From Oceanispirochaeta sp. (GTDB lineage: Bacteria > Spirochaetota > Spirochaetia > DSM-2461), in NCBI GenBank assembly GCA_963666275.2, contig CAXXOA010000001.1:1472001-1536000 (forward strand): 64,000 nt of DNA, read 5' to 3'. Position numbers and translations under genes: made by a program. Below, in pieces: positions 10,680 through 17,270 of this stretch (position 1 is the first letter of the stretch; each line of letters starts with the position of its first letter). The notes under the pieces were generated by a model. The model ran no database searches. It was not told the origin of the DNA and saw only the letters and a program-made list of their open reading frames with translations.

Positions 10680-11111
10680 ATGAATATTGGATTAATCGGT
10701 TATGCTGCGGCTCTTGGATTGGCTGGTTTTGGTTCTGCATTCGGTGCAGGTGTGGCAGGACAGGCTGCAATCGGTGCTTGGAAAAAGGCTTTTGCCAATA
10801 ACAAACCCGCTCCCTTTCTGCTTGTTGCGTTCGTCGGTGCTCCTCTGACTCAGACAATCTACGGATTCATCCTTATGAATCAGATGATTGCGGCTATTGA
10901 AGCCGGCGGAGCGACTCTGGCTCATCTGGGAATGGGAATCTTCGGCGGTCTTGCCATGGGTGCTTCCGCCTATGCTCAGGGAAAAGCCGGTGCCGGTGCT
11001 GCAGATGCCATGGGTGAAACAGGAAAAGGTTTTGTAAACTACCTGATGGTTCTCGGTGTTATCGAGACTGTTGCCCTGTTTGCCATGGTATTCCTGATGG
11101 GTGCCCTCTAA
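10680..11111 (+). CDS. ntpK: V/A-type ATP synthase subunit K (four-helix proteolipid)
   Basis: ATG at 10680 after AAGGAGA; Gly/Ala-rich helices, PLTQTIYG, AQGK, IETVALF. Confidence 0.96.
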   Translation: MNIGLIGYAAALGLAGFGSAFGAGVAGQAAIGAWKKAFANNKPAPFLLVAFVGAPLTQTIYGFILMNQMIAAIEAGGATLAHLGMGIFGGLAMGASAYAQGKAGAGAADAMGETGKGFVNYLMVLGVIETVALFAMVFLMGAL

Positions 11112-11144
11112 TCGCAATCTGATTATCTGTAAATAAACGGAATA

Positions 11145-11180
11145 AGGCTGCTTTCCCATTCGGGAAAGCAGCTTTTTTTT
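11145..11180 (+). terminator. Intrinsic terminator of the ATPase operon
   Basis: GCTGCTTTCCC-attc-GGGAAAGCAGC followed by T8. Confidence 0.93.
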
Positions 11181-11298
11181 GTTCAGAATTTTTTGAGTCT
11201 ATAAATGTTTTTTATTGTATTTACAGATACAATTCGGATAGGCATTCTAATCTATTTAGTATACATACATTTTCCAATAGGTGTGATAGGATCATTGC

Positions 11299-12183
11299 GT
11301 GATCTATAATTATGAAACAGCGGCTAAAAAATATAATTCAGGATCATATTACTTTAATGCAAGGTGGTATGATGCCGGGACTGGTAGGTTTATATCTGAA
11401 GATCCGGCTCGTGACGGTTCAAACTGGTTCATTTACACCTACAATAACCCATTGAAATTCACCGATCCAACAGGCCTCGCTGCTTATGATGATGCTCCGG
11501 ATATGTCCCTTTCAGATGAGGATAAGGAAGAGATTCGAGCAGAGCGGGAACAAAATCAGAATGATGATGGTGAAAATAAAAAGGATGCGGAAAAAAAACC
11601 TGATGAATTATTAGAGCAGTCATGGGGTGAATTCTTTGCTGATTCGATGGAAGAATTTGTTTCAACCTTTGATCATTATACAGATTCGTATAATACAGCT
11701 AGAAATGAAGGTTTAATTGAAGGAGCTAAACAATTTACAGGAATTACTAACGTTGGTGATGCGATAGAGACCTTTGATGAAATTGGTATAGCAATAATGG
11801 GAGCAGGTGGTGTTTCTTTTGCAGGTCAAGTTGCGGCTCAATTAGAAAGTGCTACATCATGTATGGGTGCAAAAGCTGGTGCAAAAATGACCGAGTTAGG
11901 CTTAAAAACCCCAATGAAAAATGCTGGTGCTGCTCAAACACCTCGTTATTATAATCCCGAAACAGGACGTTTTGCTACTTCAGAACTTGCTGAAAGCAGA
12001 AAACAGGATGCTTATTCATCAATTGGTAAATTTAGTCGTGGTGTTGCAGAGGGTTATTTAGATGAATCTACACCAACATCAGAAAGTATTGCACCAGAAC
12101 CACGTTCAAGGCCACAAGCCGCTGGGCAAGCTGTTGGAAGAGGAATTCACCAGCTTCAGACAATTATGAAGGAGATCTTTTAG
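11299..12183 (+). CDS. Orphan (5'-truncated) Rhs-associated core plus C-terminal toxin domain
   Basis: YYFNARWYDAGTGRFISEDP...NWFIYTYNNPLKFTDPTGL at aa 17-60, then a 234-aa unrelated tail. No YD repeats upstream; start uncertain; AT-rich. Confidence 0.88.
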   Translation: MIYNYETAAKKYNSGSYYFNARWYDAGTGRFISEDPARDGSNWFIYTYNNPLKFTDPTGLAAYDDAPDMSLSDEDKEEIRAEREQNQNDDGENKKDAEKKPDELLEQSWGEFFADSMEEFVSTFDHYTDSYNTARNEGLIEGAKQFTGITNVGDAIETFDEIGIAIMGAGGVSFAGQVAAQLESATSCMGAKAGAKMTELGLKTPMKNAGAAQTPRYYNPETGRFATSELAESRKQDAYSSIGKFSRGVAEGYLDESTPTSESIAPEPRSRPQAAGQAVGRGIHQLQTIMKEIF

Positions 12184-12684
12184 GTGATAATTATTGTTAT
12201 TGCTAGTATAATATTGTTGCTTTTTTTAATGAATCGCTATTTTTTTAATAAACCTTATAAACATAAAAATATTGGACTATCACAGTTAGAAAAATATTTA
12301 ATGATTTTAAGGAATAGTGGTTATGATGGCGGTTTTATTATTATTGAGAATGCAGTTACAAAAGAATTTGTTCAATTTCAGAAACATATCGATTCAAAAG
12401 GAAATATAACCCTTAATTCATCCTTCTTTCCAGTTGATTGGAATATGAAGTATTTTGGAGCCATAAAAGAGTACTTAGAAGAACAAGATTTTGAATATGA
12501 AATTATTGAAGACGAGGATGGAAAAGAAAGCATTGAGATTTTCTGTAATGATGATTTGTTGCTATGCGTTAAGTTAGTTAAAGATATAAATACCAAAGTA
12601 TTTGGAATGAATAAAGATGGAATGTTATTTTCTATATGGTTTGAAAATGTTTGTGAAAAGGATGTTTTGATAACTACAAAATAA
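12184..12684 (+). CDS. Putative cognate immunity protein with N-terminal membrane anchor
   Basis: GTG directly follows the toxin TAG; SD AAGGAGA lies inside the toxin 3' end; hydrophobic aa 2-16; very AT-rich. Confidence 0.7.
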   Translation: MIIIVIASIILLLFLMNRYFFNKPYKHKNIGLSQLEKYLMILRNSGYDGGFIIIENAVTKEFVQFQKHIDSKGNITLNSSFFPVDWNMKYFGAIKEYLEEQDFEYEIIEDEDGKESIEIFCNDDLLLCVKLVKDINTKVFGMNKDGMLFSIWFENVCEKDVLITTK

Positions 12685-12703
12685 TTATGACTCATAACCA
12701 TGA

Positions 12704-13911
12704 TGTACAGTGACGGTATTCACCTGACAGTTGGCTAAAAAATAGAGGTGGCCATCTCATCTCCAGAAGATATAATGATTTTACCACAAATTGTTATATC
12801 AGGAGGATTCAATGGCCACCAACAGGACTGTAGCACAAAAGGCTACACGCAGAAAGATGAGCATGCTTGAACTTGCAGAGGATCTAGGAAATGTCAGTAA
12901 GGCATGTAAGATCATGGGCTATTCGAGACAGCAGTTTTACGAGATCAGAAGGAACTATCAAACCTATGGGTCTCAGGGGCTGGTAGATAAATTACCTGGT
13001 CCAAGGAATCCACATCCCAATAGGGTCTCTGATGAGGTTGAAAGGGCTATTCTGGATTATAGCCTTCAGTATCCAACACATGGCTGTGTACGCGTTGCTC
13101 AGCAATTAGCTTTAAAGAGCATATCTGTAAGCTCAGGCGGCGTCAGAGGGGTCTGGATAAGGCATAACCTAGAAAATAAGTATCAGAGACTTCTTCGGCT
13201 AGAAGAGCATCAGGGAAAGAAGAAAATCAATCTAACTGAGGACCAGATCAGACTCCTTGAACGTTTTGATCCAGAGTTTAAAGAAAGACATATTGAAACC
13301 ACATGTACGGGAGAACTTGTTTCTATAGATACATTTATGGTCGGGACGTTGAAAGGAGTCGGTAGAGTATATTTGCAGACAGTTATTGATTGTCACAACC
13401 GGTATTCATGGGGACGTTTATATACAAATAAAATGCCCGTCACAGCTGTTCATGTTCTTAATAATGATGTTTTACCATTCTATGAGGAGCATGGAGTGAA
13501 GATTAAAACAGTACTTACCGACAATGGACGTGAGTACTGTGGAAGAGAAGATCATCATCCTTTCGAGCTCTTTTTGCAGCTGGAAGAAATTGAGCATAGA
13601 ACAACTAAAGTTCGTCGTCCCCAGAGTAATGGATTCGTTGAACGGATGCATAGAACATTACTTGATGAGCACTTCAGAATCAAAGGGCGAGAGAAGTTCT
13701 ATGAGTCAGTTTCAGAGATGCAAAAGGATCTGGATATCTACTTGAAATACTATAATGAAGAGCGTGCTCATCAGGGTAGAAATATGAAAGGTAGAACACC
13801 AAAGACAGCATTTTTTGAAGGTATTCAAGAAGAGCAAAAAAGCGGTAATCCCGCATAAGAAGTTTCATTATTCTTCTGGAGAGAGTGTCAGGTGAATACT
13901 GTCATTAAACA
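12704..13911 (+). mobile_element. IS481-family insertion sequence, complete (1208 bp)
   Basis: TGT...ACA ends; 26-bp inverted repeats at 12704-12729 and 13886-13911 (22/26 identical); flanking 7-bp direct repeat ACCATGA at 12697-12703 and 13912-13918. Confidence 0.95.
12812..13858 (+). CDS. IS481-family DDE transposase
   Basis: SD AGGAGG plus ATG at 12812; N-terminal HTH (LGNVSKACKIMGYSRQQFY); DDE motifs SIDTF, LTDNGREY, NGFVER; YNEERAHQG. Confidence 0.96.
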   Translation: MATNRTVAQKATRRKMSMLELAEDLGNVSKACKIMGYSRQQFYEIRRNYQTYGSQGLVDKLPGPRNPHPNRVSDEVERAILDYSLQYPTHGCVRVAQQLALKSISVSSGGVRGVWIRHNLENKYQRLLRLEEHQGKKKINLTEDQIRLLERFDPEFKERHIETTCTGELVSIDTFMVGTLKGVGRVYLQTVIDCHNRYSWGRLYTNKMPVTAVHVLNNDVLPFYEEHGVKIKTVLTDNGREYCGREDHHPFELFLQLEEIEHRTTKVRRPQSNGFVERMHRTLLDEHFRIKGREKFYESVSEMQKDLDIYLKYYNEERAHQGRNMKGRTPKTAFFEGIQEEQKSGNPA

Positions 13912-14046
13912 ACCATGAGCTCACCTGCCCAACTGCTGAACAATTCGTTCCGGAACCGGTAAAACGGTCAGGTGCAGCGTTCTTGTTATGATAGGCATTA
14001 TATTTTTCGCCGGAATGACTTTTTCCTGGTGAAGAATTTTTTCCGG

Positions 14047-14180
14047 GGTAGTGTCAAATATCTTTCGCAAATTTCAAAGACCTCAATCATCTTATCCAGT
14101 TACTACAATACATTCTCGTCCGTATTAAAGCCTATTAGAAGATTCATATTCAGATACTTTCTTTCACTCCAGGTCGATCC
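14047..14180 (-). pseudogene. IS256-family remnant: transposase C-terminal tip plus one terminal inverted repeat
   Basis: Minus strand reads GSTWSERKYLNMNLLIGFNTDENVL* (14103-14180), like the W-x-x-R/K-x-Y-L-N-M tail of IS256 transposases. It is followed by AAATTTGCGAAAGATATTTGACACTACC (14047-14074), resembling IS256-group ends. Confidence 0.65.
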
Positions 14181-14209
14181 GTTCTGGCATCAGTAAAAAC
14201 GGTCAGCTG
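14180..14209 (+). repeat. Degenerate copy of the attC-like right arm
   Basis: CGTTCTGGCATCAGTAAAAACGGTCAGCTG aligns with CGTTCCGGAACCGGT-AAAACGGTCAGGTG (13946-13974) with 5 mismatches and 1 gap. Confidence 0.55.
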
Positions 14210-14261
14210 ATTTTCCTATAAAAAAAGCATTCACTTGAGTAGCTTGAGAAGTCTTCTGATT

Positions 14262-14618
14262 TCAAATAAAGCGCCCGGGTGATACCTGAAAGATTTCAGC
14301 TAATTGATGTGCTGTTGCCTTACTGATTCCTCTGGTTCCACGTTCCATGGCAGAAATATTCTGCTTTGCCATTCCCAGTTTCTCTCCGAGCTGAGTCTGG
14401 CTCATTCCATTTCTTTTCCTGTAGCGTTTAAGAACCTGCCCGGGAGTAGATTTATTCGCCTTTTCCCTGTACCACGCAGTTTGAGTGATATCTACAAGCT
14501 CTTCATCATTATTAATAATTTCAACATTATGGTAGTTGTCAGTAAGAAATTTCAGGAGTTTTTCCGGAATCTCTTCAGCATTTATTTCAATATGGGGCTT
14601 TTTCACGACTGCCAGCAT
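14262..14618 (-). CDS. XRE-family HTH antitoxin (HigA-like)
   Basis: LKRYRKRNGMSQTQLGEKLGMAKQNISAMERG HTH; SD GGAGG; overlaps the toxin by 32 nt. Confidence 0.88.
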   Translation of the reverse strand: MLAVVKKPHIEINAEEIPEKLLKFLTDNYHNVEIINNDEELVDITQTAWYREKANKSTPGQVLKRYRKRNGMSQTQLGEKLGMAKQNISAMERGTRGISKATAHQLAEIFQVSPGRFI

Positions 14619-14859
14619 AATAAACCTCCAATTCTAATTGGTCATCTGATATAATTCTCCAACAGGCAACCCATCTGTAATCCAAATGGCAATGGAATTC
14701 AGTCTTGTCGTTGTTCAAGGGACTGAAATTCTTCCAACCTTTCTGGATTGGTCCTGTCGCTCTCAAATCTTCTACAAGGTCAAAAAAGTCATCTTGCCGA
14801 GCGGAAGGCATCTTCTTCACATTTTTCAAGACTTTATTTTTTATCTCAACCTTGTACAT
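14587..14859 (-). CDS. RelE/HigB-like toxin
   Basis: About 90 aa, MYKVEIKNKVLK...FHCHLDYRWVACW...YYAGSREKAPY; toxin-first arrangement upstream of the HTH gene. Confidence 0.8.
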   Translation of the reverse strand: MYKVEIKNKVLKNVKKMPSARQDDFFDLVEDLRATGPIQKGWKNFSPLNNDKTEFHCHLDYRWVACWRIISDDQLELEVYYAGSREKAPY

Positions 14860-14865
14860 GTATAA

Positions 14866-14894
14866 ATAGTAATGCAAATATGATTACCTGTAAA
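14866..14894 (-). promoter_or_regulatory. Sigma70-like promoter of the TA operon with overlapping palindrome
   Basis: TTTACA-N17-TACTAT, 6 nt before ATG 14859; GTAAT-N9-ATTAC at 14869-14887. Confidence 0.6.
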
Positions 14895-15117
14895 TGTTAA
14901 AAACTTTAGTTTATGTATTTTCTCTATGATAAAATCAGTCTTTCAGATTTGCCGGATTACCATTAGTATCGAAATCGGGTTAAAAATTTCATAACTTTGG
15001 TTCTGTTTCATCCTGCTGGTTACTCCAAAACCTTTGCATTCTTCCATTTCTATCAAGAAAAATACTCTTCTGTCTTTTTCCCTAATCCTCTATAATACGG
15101 TTCATAAGGATTTTAAT

Positions 15118-16185
15118 ATGACACAGATTCATCAGGTAAAAATAGGCTCTGTTCTGATCGGAGGCGGAGCCCCGGTATCCATTCAGACTATGTGGGATAA
15201 ACCTGTAACCCGGATAGACGAAGAACTGCTGAAAACACTTGATTCTTTCCATAAAAAAGGCTGCGATATCATTCGTTTTGCCCTGCCCAGTCTCCAGGAC
15301 GTGGATGTTATCTCCCGTCTCATCCCTCAGGTGCCCATGCCTCTGGTGGGAGATATCCATTTCGATTATAAAATTGCGCTGAAAGCCATTGAGAAAGGTT
15401 TTCCCAAAATCAGGATTAATCCCGGCAATATAGGGGCGGACTGGAAGGTTCAGGAGATCATAAAAGCGGCGGCCGACAGTGGGACCGCCATCAGGATCGG
15501 AGCCAACGAAGGTTCCCTTTCGGCAGACCAGAAGAAAATCGCCGCCGATGATTCTCCCGAAGAAAGAGCCAAAGCCCTGGTGGCTGCGGCAGAGGCGAAT
15601 CTGGAACTGTTCGAACAGGCTGGTTTCAGGGATATAGTGATCTCACTCAAATCGTCGGATATCCATGTGACCTACCACAGCAACAGGCTTTTCCGGGAAC
15701 GCCACAGTTATCCGCTGCACCTGGGAATCACCGAAGCGGGACCTTTAATACCTGCAATAGTCAAATCTACGATCGGTTTGGCCGATCTTTTAAAGGAAGG
15801 GATTGGTGATACAGTCAGAATCTCCATATCAGACAATCCCGAATATGAAATCCTGGCAGCAGGGGAGTTGCTTCAGAATCTGGGGCTCCGCAAGGGACGG
15901 ATCAGGATTATTTCCTGCCCCAAATGCGGAAGATCCAGTTTTGATACCCACTCGTTCCTTGAATCTGTGAAGGAGGAACTTTATACTCTTCCCATGGATG
16001 TCTCTGTGGCTGTCATGGGATGTACAGTGAACGGTCCCGGTGAAGCCTCCCATGCAGATTTGGGAATCACAGGACATGGCAGGCAGATTCAGATTTTCCG
16101 GCATGGAAAAATCATTCGGAGGGAAGATCCTTGTTCAGCAAAAGAAGCTTTTCTGGAAGAGTTACGGCGTTTGCAGCAGGAGTAA
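15118..16185 (+). CDS. ispG: (E)-4-hydroxy-3-methylbut-2-enyl-diphosphate synthase
   Basis: DIHFDY, RINPGNIG, PLHLGITEAG, SCPKCGR, MGCTVNGPGE; ATG 15118 after AAGGA. Confidence 0.97.
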   Translation: MTQIHQVKIGSVLIGGGAPVSIQTMWDKPVTRIDEELLKTLDSFHKKGCDIIRFALPSLQDVDVISRLIPQVPMPLVGDIHFDYKIALKAIEKGFPKIRINPGNIGADWKVQEIIKAAADSGTAIRIGANEGSLSADQKKIAADDSPEERAKALVAAAEANLELFEQAGFRDIVISLKSSDIHVTYHSNRLFRERHSYPLHLGITEAGPLIPAIVKSTIGLADLLKEGIGDTVRISISDNPEYEILAAGELLQNLGLRKGRIRIISCPKCGRSSFDTHSFLESVKEELYTLPMDVSVAVMGCTVNGPGEASHADLGITGHGRQIQIFRHGKIIRREDPCSAKEAFLEELRRLQQE

Positions 16186-17249
16186 TCCTGTTCCTTTCTG
16201 TAGCAGCATATTCTCAGCCTGTAGAGGATCAGGACCTTCCCGGCTGGGTTCTTTATGAAAAAGGTCTTTTTCTCTATGAAGAGGGAGAACTGGATCAGGC
16301 TCTTGAATATTTCAATCTTTCGGCAAAATCAGGGAACCTGACCCCCGAAGCAAACTATTATATCGGCCGGATCTATGAGGAAGAGGGAGATTATCTCCTG
16401 GCAGAAAAGCAGTATGACAAAGCCCTGGAGGATTCCCGCTTTCTCTATATTCCCGAGCAGAAGTGGTCTATCTACTATAGCCTGGCAGGTATTTATCTCA
16501 ATAGAGATGAATATGACAGATACGAGCAGATGCTGCTATCTGTATTTGACGAGGAGCTTTCCCGGAATGAGGAGATCCTCCGCAGAGAACATGCCTATGT
16601 TCAGATGCTCAAGGAAGAGGGGATGGATAAATTCCTTCTTCTCTTTCGTATCAATCTGACCTATTCCCTGGAGTCTGCCAGTCAACTGGGCGTCTTTTAT
16701 GCCAGAAGAGGCGAGGTGAAGCGCTCCCTCATAAAAAATCTCTACACAGTTCTGAGCCTCTACAGCAGTTCCATCGAGTATCTGCTGGCAAAAGAGCCGG
16801 ATTTTTCTTTTCCAGTGGACAGGGCCGAGATCTGGCAGAAGGATCCTGAGTTTCTGGCATCTCTCTATGAAGAGTATGCGGACCGCATAGACCCCGCTTT
16901 CCAGTTTCAGAGAGATCTAAGGGATTTCTCTCTGATAGATCCCGAAGGAGATGCACAGAGGGCCGAAAGGATTATCAAATCGAGGAATCCGTTTTTTGAT
17001 CTCTCCGGAAGCCTCTATGTGCTCAGGAAAATAGAGGCTCAGGAGGATCTGGATATTTTTCTGAAAGATGAAAAACTCTACAGAGCCCTCTATTTTCTGG
17101 GAAAAGCCCTCTACAATGAAGGTTTTTCCGACAGGGCAAGGGAAATCTGGACTCTGGGTTCATTGAGCAGCCGGGATAACAGCTGGAAGATCCTCTGTAA
17201 CCGGTCTCTTTCCGATCCGGAGTATATCCCCCCTTCTCTTATTTACTAA
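16131..17249 (+). CDS. Exported TPR-repeat protein
   Basis: TTG start with GGAGG, overlapping ispG by 55 nt; signal-like N-terminus; TPR helices (ANYYIGRIYEEEGDYLLAEKQY). Confidence 0.75.
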   Translation: MFSKRSFSGRVTAFAAGVILFLSVAAYSQPVEDQDLPGWVLYEKGLFLYEEGELDQALEYFNLSAKSGNLTPEANYYIGRIYEEEGDYLLAEKQYDKALEDSRFLYIPEQKWSIYYSLAGIYLNRDEYDRYEQMLLSVFDEELSRNEEILRREHAYVQMLKEEGMDKFLLLFRINLTYSLESASQLGVFYARRGEVKRSLIKNLYTVLSLYSSSIEYLLAKEPDFSFPVDRAEIWQKDPEFLASLYEEYADRIDPAFQFQRDLRDFSLIDPEGDAQRAERIIKSRNPFFDLSGSLYVLRKIEAQEDLDIFLKDEKLYRALYFLGKALYNEGFSDRAREIWTLGSLSSRDNSWKILCNRSLSDPEYIPPSLIY

Positions 17250-17270
17250 ACAGGAGTATAGTTCCTTTGT

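Larger units (their letters stand above)
12692..13991 (+). other. Integron attC-like recombination site interrupted by IS481 (left piece 12692-12703, right piece 13912-13991)
   Basis: Removing the IS and one target duplication gives 85 nt: TCATAAC-CATGA-GCTCACCTGCC...GGTCAGGTGCAGC-GTTCTT-GTTATGA. It has complementary R boxes, complementary L boxes with two unpaired bases, and starts 7 nt after a stop codon. Confidence 0.75.

Noticed and set aside
13972..14196. 74-aa plus-strand ORF in the islet
   Set aside because: It spans the attC-like end and the antisense IS256 remnant; no SD or motif.
11181..14995. Integron integrase, attI, or long direct repeats bounding the whole islet
   Set aside because: No tyrosine-recombinase ORF in the window and no convincing terminal repeat found by eye.
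14989..15030. TCATAAC after the TA pair as a third attC R'' box
   Set aside because: No complementary L boxes or matching GTTRRRY at a suitable distance; at most a trace.
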